Virus record (IMG/VR): IMGVR_UViG_2703718840_000006
DNA length: 17,364 bases
Strand: one strand, 5' to 3'
Source: a virus
Lineage: Duplodnaviria > Heunggongvirae > Uroviricota > Caudoviricetes
Under the pieces are notes generated by a model that saw only the letters and a list, made by a program, of their open reading frames with translations, did not search any database and was not told the DNA's origin. Shown piece after piece: positions 7,891 through 14,807 of this stretch (within the stretch, counting starts at the first letter, position 1; each line of letters starts with the position of its first letter). The translations under genes and the position numbers were made by a program.

Positions 7891-9057
7891 TTATATTGTT
7901 ATCTTCTTCAAGCTTGTTTGTCCATCATATTCCTTCAGATATGAGCCATAGTGCCTGAAAAGCATCTCCGGTCCTTTATGCCCCATTTGAGCTGCAAGCC
8001 AAAACAGGTTTGCTCCTCGGCTGATATGGCTGGTGGCGAATGTATGCCTGGTTTGATATGGATTTCTGTATCGAATACCTGCTTTCCGCAATGTTGGAAC
8101 CCATGCTTTTTTCCTGATTGCATCAGCACTTGCCCAAGGCTTATTGGTCTTTGGGTCTTCAAAGACAGTAGCATCCTTCATGAATGTAAATGGCTTCTGA
8201 TTTATCAGCGCCAACATTGCTTCTTCTGTCAGTTCAACTTTACGAGTACCTGCTTTTGTCTTTGTCCCTTTGATAACACCGACAACACTTGCGCTCTGGA
8301 CATGGGCAGTTTTTCCAACAAAGTCGATATCACGCCATCGAAGGGCACATAATTCAGAACTACGCAGGCCTGTATGTATAGCGAACCGGAACAGATTCTC
8401 CCATTGTTTGTTTCCGGCTGCTGCTAGTAATGCATCAACTTCTGCTGGTGATAGCGGATCAACCACGTAGCTGCTTTCTGCTTCTGACTTATCACTTTGG
8501 TAGCGCGAAGCAGTTACCAACGATACGGGGTTAATTTGAAGTACCCCATCGGTTACGGCTTCATCAAGTGCTGACCGCAGGAAAGATAACTGGTTGCGAA
8601 TTGTTTTTAAGGTCGTTTTCTGGCTTTGAATCCACGCTTTCAGGATTGCTGGTGTTAATTCACTTGCAGGGCAAATGTGGAGTGAGGCTAACGCACTACG
8701 GCATTTTTTATAACCACCAATCGTTGAGGGTGAGAGTTTTCTCGTTTCGCAGATTTCAAGGTATTCGTCCAAGTACATTTTTACCGTTTTGCCTGCAGCA
8801 GCATTACCAAAAATTTTCAAACGAGCAGAACGGGGAAAATATTCCGCATAAATGAATGTTCCCCTTTCGATCTTATTATGAATTTCGCCGAGTGTGCGCT
8901 CGGCGTATTTAATGTTCTTTGGTGTTACTTCCAGATTGGAAAGAGGCTCACGACATTTAACTCCTTTATAGGTGAAAGTTATATTGATCGTTTCGCCCTG
9001 GCGGTGTTTCCTGATTGTTACGCCGCGCGGTAGTTTGAGCAGTTTTGTCTGGCCCAT
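7891..9057 (-). CDS. int: Lambdoid-type tyrosine integrase
   Basis: 388 aa. C-terminal catalytic signature QTRHTFATSH...GH...RHYGSY. Preceded by an overlapping excisionase-like gene. Transcribed toward the ssrA-derived att side, as in lambda. Confidence 0.85.
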   Translation of the reverse strand: MGQTKLLKLPRGVTIRKHRQGETINITFTYKGVKCREPLSNLEVTPKNIKYAERTLGEIHNKIERGTFIYAEYFPRSARLKIFGNAAAGKTVKMYLDEYLEICETRKLSPSTIGGYKKCRSALASLHICPASELTPAILKAWIQSQKTTLKTIRNQLSFLRSALDEAVTDGVLQINPVSLVTASRYQSDKSEAESSYVVDPLSPAEVDALLAAAGNKQWENLFRFAIHTGLRSSELCALRWRDIDFVGKTAHVQSASVVGVIKGTKTKAGTRKVELTEEAMLALINQKPFTFMKDATVFEDPKTNKPWASADAIRKKAWVPTLRKAGIRYRNPYQTRHTFATSHISRGANLFWLAAQMGHKGPEMLFRHYGSYLKEYDGQTSLKKITI

Positions 9058-9224
9058 TTTGCAACCTCACTAAGATCAATCCACCTCTCCTTAACGCCTT
9101 CAACCTTTAAAACCTGAACACCTTCACGCCAAACACCGCGCTGTACACGTTTGTTTATTGCTTCAGGAGTTTCGCCAGTTTCTTTGCAATAAGTTGAGAT
9201 TGGAACACAATCGAGGTTCAGCAT
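9018..9224 (-). CDS. xis: Excisionase-like small DNA-binding protein (recombination directionality factor candidate)
   Basis: 68-72 aa; ATG at 9224 with GGAG 7 nt upstream (the track start at 9236 is GTG). Winged-helix-like pattern (ISTYCKETGETPEAINKRVQRGVW...WIDL); overlaps the int start, the classic xis-int arrangement. Family assignment by pattern only. Confidence 0.55.
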   Translation of the reverse strand: MLNLDCVPISTYCKETGETPEAINKRVQRGVWREGVQVLKVEGVKERWIDLSEVAKWARQNCSNYRAA

Positions 9225-9283
9225 ATGTTTCTCCACTTAGCCCGCTGCACACGGGCAGTAATATCAAATTCCAGTCCTGATAA

Positions 9284-9499
9284 TTAATTTTGTTCCCTGG
9301 TTGCTACCTGTTTTATTGGCCTGATGCTGTCCAGTAGCAGACGGCGACGCATGTTAGGTGCACCCCAACGGTAACCAGTCTTTTTGTCGTAGGATTCACA
9401 ACGTCCGGCAACCCAGGACGTTTCAGTGGAATGTAATTTCATCCGCTTTTCACCGTCTCGGGTGATAACAATTCCTGTATGAGTTTTTATCACGCTCAT
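9284..9499 (-). CDS. Hypothetical small phage protein (position of yfdT in KplE1-like operons)
   Basis: 71-aa ORF overlapping the upstream gene by 4 nt (operon context). No motif recognised. Confidence 0.45.
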   Translation of the reverse strand: MSVIKTHTGIVITRDGEKRMKLHSTETSWVAGRCESYDKKTGYRWGAPNMRRRLLLDSIRPIKQVATREQN

Positions 9500-9858
9500 T
9501 TCTTAGTCTCTGGTGCTTTCGGCATTACTGCCCAGTGAGTGATATTGACGTTTTCAAGGTCCCCGACCTGAAATGTCCACTGCCATTCTCCGGTTTCTTT
9601 TTGTCCCCAGGTGTACCAGAGAGAACGCCAGCCAATCAGCCAGCCTTCTCCGTTAGCATCAAATAACAGAACACTTTCATTTGCTGGAGGCAGTTCAGCT
9701 GACACTGGTATTATTTTGCTTTCCAGTGCCGCACATTTAGCTTCAAGCGCGTCGAATTTACGTACCAGGTACTCAGCATTTGTTTCGTTCACTTTCAGAT
9801 CTCGCGGTACACATTTCCCGCGAAGAAACCCTTCCATTTCGAAAACATTCATGCGCAT
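9496..9858 (-). CDS. DUF551-like phage protein (YfdS-like by size and synteny)
   Basis: 120 aa; Trp-rich C-terminus (GWLIGWRSLWYTWG...ITHWAVMP) resembling DUF551. Same size and operon position as E. coli yfdS, from memory. Confidence 0.5.
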   Translation of the reverse strand: MRMNVFEMEGFLRGKCVPRDLKVNETNAEYLVRKFDALEAKCAALESKIIPVSAELPPANESVLLFDANGEGWLIGWRSLWYTWGQKETGEWQWTFQVGDLENVNITHWAVMPKAPETKK

Positions 9859-10385
9859 TTGCGTAATTCCGATAATTCGTTAAAGCGTTTCATAAACATC
9901 CCGTAGGCATGGCCTGGAGCCAGTGGAATAACTTTGAACATCTCTGTTGCCGGGATACCTTCCAGTACAGGCCAGAAAGAGCCATCATCAAGCCCGAGAT
10001 CGCGGCGTTCGGTTGCCAGCATGATGAGATCGGCATATTTCACGGGCGTGCTCATAACCGGGGGTAACCCGTATTTCTCACGGATGACGACGTCTATTTT
10101 TTCTTCCATCCGTTTATAGTCAGGAAGAAGTCGTTTCAGTGGTGCGGGGATGTCCTGGCAATACGCTTCTGTTGCATCATGCATTAACGCTTCAAAAGCA
10201 AATTCCTGCGGCACCAGCTGGCTGCAAAGCACTGCATGCTGGGCGACACTGTAGAAGTGTGAAAGATGTCCTGCAAAGCGACAGATATTTGAAAGGGAAA
10301 CCGCGATATCGTTAATCACGATGTCGTCTTTATTTATCTTGTCATAATAAAAATGCTTCCCGGAAAAAGTTTTAATAAATGACAT
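9849..10385 (-). CDS. HD-domain phosphohydrolase (YfbR/YfdR-like 5'-deoxynucleotidase family)
   Basis: HD motifs (SHFYSVAQHAVL; LMHDATEAY). Start placed at ATG 10385 (MSFIK; GGAG 7 nt upstream), giving 178 aa, the size I recall for YfdR; the track ORF starts 9 codons earlier. Confidence 0.75.
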   Translation of the reverse strand: MSFIKTFSGKHFYYDKINKDDIVINDIAVSLSNICRFAGHLSHFYSVAQHAVLCSQLVPQEFAFEALMHDATEAYCQDIPAPLKRLLPDYKRMEEKIDVVIREKYGLPPVMSTPVKYADLIMLATERRDLGLDDGSFWPVLEGIPATEMFKVIPLAPGHAYGMFMKRFNELSELRKCA

Positions 10386-10512
10386 TTTGTTCTCCACGTA
10401 TATGCGCTGCACCGCGCTGAATTTTGGTTAAAGAAAACCCTCGCCATCAGGCGATTATTGAGTCAATTATGTTTCCATAAATGCCCCCGCAGGGGCATTT
10501 GCAGTAAGGAAA

Positions 10513-11337
10513 TCAGGCGGTAAAAGTACCAATAAAGGTTTCTACTTTGCTGTCTTTGAATTTCTCAACAAGCAGATCACGAAATTCGTTAGCCATTTCT
10601 TCCTGCACTGCTTCCAGCTGAATAATGCGCAGAACCAGTACCGGACGATCGCCAGTGATAATGCTGAGGCGTAATTTAAACGGACGTTCTTTCAGGCCTT
10701 CAAACGGAACGCATTTAAATTCAAATGCCACTGGCATAATGTCTTTGGTCTTCGCTTCGACAGATTCCATCAGGGAGCGTTTGCCGCTGAAGTCATTATC
10801 TTCAAAATCAGCGGTCTGGTTTGCTTCAATCGTGATTTTACGGACTGCCGCAGCCGCTTTTGTTGCCTGAATGGCGTCACCATTAGCATCAAAGCCCACA
10901 AGGTAGTCGGCCCAGTCTTCAATCCATTCTGCCAGTGACTTCTGGGAGTTACGCTCGCCGTTAACAGACAACAGGGCAGAGAACGGTGCTGTCTTTTTCA
11001 GTTTGAGAGTGGCAGTGTTATCTGCGTGACCTGGCTCATCAATAGTACCCAGGTTAAGCACACTGACGGCACGCATATTATCGGCATCGATAAAGCAGCG
11101 GGTGCCTTCATCTGCAAGATCTTTAGAATAACGGGTAAAGTCATCGATGCTGGCAGTGGAAAGCGCACCACGGAAACGGAAACGATTTAAATTAAATTTT
11201 TCCAGATCATGAATGCGGAAATTCTCAGGCAATGCCACAGCATCGGCACCAATCTTACTGATAATTTCATTAACACCCTGAGCAGAAATAAGGGCATGGA
11301 TTTGATTAATTGCGGTTGCGTCTAAGTTCTGAGACAT
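10513..11337 (-). CDS. DUF2303-like phage protein (YfdQ-like by size and synteny)
   Basis: 274-aa ORF, the size I recall for E. coli YfdQ, in the same operon order. No catalytic motif recognised. Confidence 0.6.
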   Translation of the reverse strand: MSQNLDATAINQIHALISAQGVNEIISKIGADAVALPENFRIHDLEKFNLNRFRFRGALSTASIDDFTRYSKDLADEGTRCFIDADNMRAVSVLNLGTIDEPGHADNTATLKLKKTAPFSALLSVNGERNSQKSLAEWIEDWADYLVGFDANGDAIQATKAAAAVRKITIEANQTADFEDNDFSGKRSLMESVEAKTKDIMPVAFEFKCVPFEGLKERPFKLRLSIITGDRPVLVLRIIQLEAVQEEMANEFRDLLVEKFKDSKVETFIGTFTA

Positions 11338-11402
11338 AATAAGTCCTCACTATATAAAGATATTCAGTGATGAGATAAATAATCAGTTTATTAAGTATGA
11401 TA

Positions 11403-11765
11403 TTAACGACCTGCTGCGCGGAGTTTTCCGTCAGGTTCACCGGCAAGAGTCAGTAATTGTCCCTGGTCTTCCTGCAGAATAGTCAGGCGACCACCGCGAT
11501 TGACATACATCGGCGTTTCGGTGGTGTCTTCTTCGGAAATTTTCCCGCGGTTAGTCGGGCGAACATATGAGAGTTTGTGTTTGATTTTCACACGGTTCTC
11601 ATCAAATGGTTCGATTTCCAGGTTGAGTGAGACCTTACCTTTGGTTTTCGTGTTCATCACACCGGAAGCGACTTCACTGAGAACTGCGCCGATTTTTGTT
11701 TCAAATACGCCGCCGTCCAGCTCCCCGATAAATGCCTGCACATCAGTACTGCGTTCGCTAGCCAT
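11403..11765 (-). CDS. Hypothetical early-left phage protein (YfdP-like by size and synteny)
   Basis: Start set at the internal ATG (MASERSTDVQAF) with AGGAGC 7 nt upstream, giving 121 aa. The 197-aa track ORF has a Cys/Arg-rich N-terminal extension that overlaps the leader and looks non-genic. Confidence 0.55.
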   Translation of the reverse strand: MASERSTDVQAFIGELDGGVFETKIGAVLSEVASGVMNTKTKGKVSLNLEIEPFDENRVKIKHKLSYVRPTNRGKISEEDTTETPMYVNRGGRLTILQEDQGQLLTLAGEPDGKLRAAGR

Positions 11766-12373
11766 TTTGTTGCTCCTCATCATATCGACCCTGCAAGGCC
11801 GATTAGTTTCTCCACAAAACAGAGAAGAACACCTGCGGTGGCAGCCGCCCGGATGGATTGGGTTATGAGCCCGTCGTCCGGTGATGCTCTTCTCTGTTTT
11901 GTAAAAAGAGCGGTACCAGCCGGAAGCAAGTGTACAAACTGGTACCGCCAAAGCAGTGGCTGTTGTGGTGGGGTTGTCACTCAGGCGTATGGTCAACCTG
12001 ACAATCCGGTGTCCTCAACGGGGAAAGAGTAACCCCGCCATACTTACCGCCGCGCCATTTCGCGGATGACCACAACGCTGAGAGCACTTAGCCAGTTACG
12101 GCACCACACTTTGTCGCGGCTCCATAAATGCCCTCATCGTTGCACCCTGGTCTCTTCCCAGGCGTCAAACCGGATCGCCACGCTGGTTAGGCGTCTTATC
12201 AGCATCATCATTGACTTGCACATTCCGGCTACCTGGTTTGTTTGCCCTAGCAAGGAGTGGATTGTCCCCTTTAACGTCCCCAGACCGCTAACGACGCATG
12301 TGCCATACGCCGTGTTACAACCAAATTTTGTTAGTACCTTGTTTGTTGGTCTGGAAAGAAAGATAAAATGAAA

Positions 12374-12411
12374 TTGCGCGTTGTGCAAGTGCTTTGTTGC
12401 GGGATATGCAA
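12374..12411. promoter_or_regulatory. Candidate OL operators: two 15-bp TTGC-N7-GCAA sites, with probable leftward pL
   Basis: TTGCGCGTTGTGCAA (12374-12388) and TTGCGGGATATGCAA (12397-12411); the first is nearly identical to an OR site (TTGCGCGTTAAGCAA, 13180-13194). Just downstream of the cI terminator, as in lambdoid immunity regions. Confidence 0.45.
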
Positions 12412-12428
12412 TTTAATGGGTAATGAAA

Positions 12429-12446
12429 AGCCACCTTCGGGTGGCT
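12429..12446 (-). terminator. Intrinsic terminator downstream of cI
   Basis: Perfect 7-bp stem AGCCACC/GGTGGCT with TTCG tetraloop; on the minus strand it is followed by UUUUCAUU. Located 20 nt after the cI stop. Confidence 0.5.
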
Positions 12447-12466
12447 AATTGATGAGGAGGTAAGGG

Positions 12467-13159
12467 TTAATTGTGTCGCTTAAGGGTTTGTGACTGGCTG
12501 ATTAAGACCTTTCCAAAGACCATAAACCGGTGTTCATTTTCGCTGGTAATTCCCCATTCACGGTAAATCTGGTTATCAGAAATCACCAGTAGTTTGTCAG
12601 GTATCATTTGCAGTCGTTTGACATAAATTTTATCATCAAAACCAAATACATAGATACCATCTCCATCAAACTGATTGATACTGACATCAACGAAGATGAG
12701 ATCTCCTGGCTCAATGGTTGGACACATACTGTCCCCACGAACGTTGATAACTTTAATGTGATTGGCTGGTCGTCCGCCAAACATCGATACAGCATTATCA
12801 GTTCTGTATTCAATGGCATGAATCACATCAATGACATCACCGCCCTGGATAAGGCCATTTCCCGCACTGGCACTGACATCCAGCATTTCAATACGGAATA
12901 CATCCTTCACCTGCGCAACATCCTCACTAATACTGTTTTTACATACAGTATTACTTTTGAAGTCTGAGGTAAAGAGATCAGCAATATCAACACCTAAGCT
13001 CCTGGCAATATTACTCAGGGCTTGTTCAGTGAATTGTTTCTGCTTACCTGTTTCCAGGCGTGAGATATTCGCCGCATCCACTCCTATTGCTTCAGCGAGA
13101 TCGGCGATTTTCATGTTCTTCGCCTGGCGAAGTTGTCTGACTCGATTTCCTATGTTCAT
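12467..13159 (-). CDS. cI: CI-like phage repressor (HTH_XRE N-terminal domain plus S24 LexA-like autopeptidase domain)
   Basis: 230 aa. N-terminal HTH (IADLAEAIGVDAANISRLETGKQ); C-terminal S24 signature GDSMCPTI (Ser nucleophile) and downstream VKR (Lys). Divergent from a cro-like gene across an operator-rich 97-bp intergenic region. Confidence 0.9.
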   Translation of the reverse strand: MNIGNRVRQLRQAKNMKIADLAEAIGVDAANISRLETGKQKQFTEQALSNIARSLGVDIADLFTSDFKSNTVCKNSISEDVAQVKDVFRIEMLDVSASAGNGLIQGGDVIDVIHAIEYRTDNAVSMFGGRPANHIKVINVRGDSMCPTIEPGDLIFVDVSINQFDGDGIYVFGFDDKIYVKRLQMIPDKLLVISDNQIYREWGITSENEHRFMVFGKVLISQSQTLKRHN

Positions 13160-13256
13160 GCGTTTATTACATTTCTTTATTGCGCGTTAAGCAAATCAAC
13201 TTGCGCAAAATAGTTGCGTGAAATAATATGCTTATCACGCAATATGTGGAGGTTAT
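13160..13256. promoter_or_regulatory. OR-like divergent promoter/operator region between cI and cro
   Basis: TTGC-N7-GCAA site at 13180-13194, degenerate copy ATGCTTATCACGCAA at 13228-13242, palindrome TTGCGCAA at 13201-13208, inverted TTGCGTGA/TCACGCAA arms. Candidate pR: -35 TTGCGC (13201-13206), 17-bp spacer, -10 TAATAT (13224-13229). GGAGG RBS at 13248-13252 before the cro ATG. Confidence 0.55.
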
Positions 13257-13394
13257 ATGCAATCACCATTACGGAATGTGCGTAAAGCGCACGGATTTAC
13301 TTTGCAGCATGTTGCTGCGGGCGTTCAGGTCAATCCAGCGACGCTGAGTCGTATTGAAAGACAGGAACAAATTCCATCTACCGTCCATGAATGA
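13257..13394 (+). CDS. cro: Cro-like HTH protein, C-terminally truncated by a deletion junction
   Basis: 45-aa ORF not in the supplied track (too short). HTH_XRE-like segment FTLQHVAAGVQVNPATLSRIERQEQ. The ORF ends abruptly where lambda-G-like sequence begins. Confidence 0.55.
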   Translation: MQSPLRNVRKAHGFTLQHVAAGVQVNPATLSRIERQEQIPSTVHE

Positions 13395-13581
13395 AGCCGT
13401 TAAACAGATTGAGCAGGAAGTGCTTACCACCTGGCCCACGGAGGCAATTTCTCATGCTGAAAACGTGGTGTACCGGCTGTCTGGTATGTATGAGTTTGTG
13501 GTGAATGATGCCCCTGAACAGGCAGAGGACGCCGGGCCTGCAGAGCCTGTTTCTGCGGGAAAGTGTTCGACGGTGAGCTGA
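13387..13581 (+). pseudogene. G: Remnant of tail assembly chaperone G (C-terminal part only), fused to the truncated cro region
   Basis: Translation PSMNEAVKQIEQEVLTTWPTEAISHAENVVYRLSGMYEFVV...PVSAGKCSTVS matches my recollection of the lambda gpG C-terminus. ATG at 13387 overlaps the cro stop (ATGAATGA); no SD. N-terminal half of G is absent. Confidence 0.6.
13557..13563 (+). other. Programmed -1 frameshift slippery heptamer G GGA AAG (G-T frameshift site)
   Basis: GGGAAAG in the lambda X XXY YYZ register relative to the G-fragment frame (GCG GGA AAG). The downstream T-like ORF is in the -1 frame and overlaps by 19 nt. Confidence 0.6.
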
Positions 13582-13997
13582 GTTTTGCCCTGAAACTGGC
13601 GCGCGAGATGGGGCGACCCGACTGGCGTGCCATGCTTGCCGGGATGTCATCCACGGAGTATGCCGACTGGCACCGCTTTTACAGTACCCATTATTTTCAT
13701 GATGTTCTGCTGGATATGCACTTTTCCGGGCTGACGTACACCGTGCTCAGCCTGTTTTTCAGCGATCCGGATATGCATCCGCTGGATTTCAGTCTGCTGA
13801 ACCGGCGCGAGGCTGACGAAGAGCCTGAAGATGATGTGCTGATGCAGAAAGCGGCAGGGCTTGCCGGAGGCGTTCGTTTTGGCCCGGACGGGAATGAAGT
13901 TATCCCCGCTTCCCCGGATGTGGCGGACATGACGGAGGATGACGTAATGCTGATGACAGTATCAGAAGGGATCGCAGGAGGAGTCCGGTATGGCTGA
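13563..13997 (+). CDS. T: T portion of the tail assembly chaperone G-T frameshift product
   Basis: ORF in the -1 frame relative to the G fragment with no ATG of its own (track start is GTG). Sequence (FDGELSFALKLAREMGRPDWRAMLAGMSSTEYADW...GVRYG) matches my recollection of lambda gpT. Its stop overlaps an ATG GCT GAA CCG GTA (MAEPV) H-like start. Confidence 0.6.
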   Translation: MFDGELSFALKLAREMGRPDWRAMLAGMSSTEYADWHRFYSTHYFHDVLLDMHFSGLTYTVLSLFFSDPDMHPLDFSLLNRREADEEPEDDVLMQKAAGLAGGVRFGPDGNEVIPASPDVADMTEDDVMLMTVSEGIAGGVRYG

Positions 13998-14031
13998 ACC
14001 GGTACCCGGTGGTAATGGCTGCAGGGGCTGA
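13990..14031 (+). pseudogene. H: Five-codon remnant of the tape-measure gene H start (MAEPV) followed by out-of-context sequence and a stop
   Basis: ATG overlapping the T stop encodes MAEPV (lambda H begins MAEPVGDL in my recollection), then PGGNGCRG and a stop. Implies a deletion junction near 14005. Confidence 0.4.
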
Positions 14032-14239
14032 CTCAGGGCAGTGGGACGTTATGACATGGAGTGATGCTGATAATCAGCAGGTGAAACTGTCGATGACGGA
14101 ACTGGAGGAGCTGGCTGCAGCTATGGCGCAGGCGCAGGTTGATCGCAATAATGAGATTTATCGTCATCAGCGTGAAATGAAAGAGGAACTGAGCAATCTC
14201 CTGGATTTGAAGCAGGTTAGGGAGTTCAGTCCAGAATAA
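14009..14239 (+). CDS. Hypothetical ORF or gene fragment in the tail-fibre region (no ATG start, possibly a remnant)
   Basis: 76-aa track ORF with a non-ATG start, downstream of the H deletion junction. Helical-looking sequence with no recognised motif. May be the 3' end of a deleted gene. Confidence 0.3.
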   Translation: MVMAAGADSGQWDVMTWSDADNQQVKLSMTELEELAAAMAQAQVDRNNEIYRHQREMKEELSNLLDLKQVREFSPE

Positions 14240-14332
14240 GAAAAAACGTAGTACATCGTATTCAAGAGGATCTATGCTGGCATCGTAGCTGTTTTTAAAC
14301 AGTAAGTAGCCGTTGAAGGTCACAGGGGAAAA

Positions 14333-14695
14333 ATGCTCTTTGACTTGGCTTCCGGGGACGCACTATTTATCTCTGAACCAGGCCCATTAGCGGAAAATGT
14401 CACCTGGTTGTCGCCGGAAGGGGAATATCAGAAGTGGAACGGTACAGCCTGGGTGAAAGATGCAGAAGCAGAAAAACTATTCCGGATCCGGGAGGCGGAA
14501 GAAACAAAAAACAGCCTGATGCAGGTAGCCAGTGAGCATATAGCGCCGCTTCAGGATGCTGTAGATCTGGAGATCGCAACGGAGGAAGAAAATTCGTTGC
14601 TGGAAGCCTGGAAAAAGTATCGGGTGTTGCTGAACCGTGTTGATACATCAACTGCACCTGATATTGAGTGGCCGATAATTCCTGTAACATCATAG
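14333..14695 (+). CDS. tfa: Tail fibre assembly protein (lambda Tfa family, short form)
   Basis: 120 aa; ATG with AGGGGA upstream. Sequence [14 protein letters not shown]...[19 protein letters not shown]...[25 protein letters not shown] closely matches my recollection of the lambda Tfa C-terminal two-thirds. Confidence 0.8.
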   Translation: MLFDLASGDALFISEPGPLAENVTWLSPEGEYQKWNGTAWVKDAEAEKLFRIREAEETKNSLMQVASEHIAPLQDAVDLEIATEEENSLLEAWKKYRVLLNRVDTSTAPDIEWPIIPVTS

Positions 14696-14712
14696 TCATT
14701 ATTTATTTGTTT

Positions 14713-14743
14713 TGCTGACATGTTGTATACGACAACGTGTCAG
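14713..14743. terminator. 13-bp inverted repeat hairpin between convergent tfa and the HEPN gene (possible bidirectional terminator)
   Basis: GCTGACATGTTGT / ACAACGTGTCAGC arms (one G-T position) with a 5-nt loop. Flanking U-tracts are weak on both strands. Confidence 0.35.
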
Positions 14744-14807
14744 CAGTTTGACTGGTATTATAACGAATATATTGTAATGTTTTCTGGTGTTATTAATTGT
14801 TGTTTTA

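Noticed and set aside
7935-8174. 79-aa minus-strand ORF nested in another frame of the integrase gene
   Set aside because: Overlaps the integrase CDS in a different frame; no motifs.
9611-9883. 90-aa plus-strand ORF (and 9934-10119, 10625-10870, 11500-11868, 11838-12032)
   Set aside because: Antisense to the early-left operon genes; Ser/Arg-rich low-complexity translations, no SD.
11403-11996. 197-aa form of the yfdP-like gene
   Set aside because: The extension is Cys/Arg/Pro-rich and runs into the untranslated leader; a strong AGGAGC SD precedes the internal ATG at 11765.
12066-12388. Mutually overlapping ORFs 12066-12371 (+) and 12134-12388 (-) as candidate N-like or small genes
   Set aside because: They overlap on opposite strands, the minus-strand one starts with TTG and its first ATG would give only ~29 aa, and neither resembles an antiterminator; treated as a non-coding leader (see findings).
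12604-13190. ORFs 12604-12819 (-), 12608-12967 (+) and 12831-13190 (+) overlapping cI
   Set aside because: Alternative-frame or antisense ORFs within the well-supported CI repressor gene.
13354-13654. Track start of the G-fragment ORF at 13354 and minus-strand ORFs 13378-13650, 13424-13654, 13697-13930
   Set aside because: 13354 is a TTG inside the cro-like gene; the G homology begins near the ATG at 13387. The minus-strand ORFs are antisense to the recognisable G/T sequence.
14033-14323. 96-aa minus-strand ORF (and 14400-14699 minus strand, 14720-14947 plus strand, 14897-15130 minus strand, 15241-15480 plus strand)
   Set aside because: Antisense to or out of frame with the Tfa-like and HEPN genes; no start signals.
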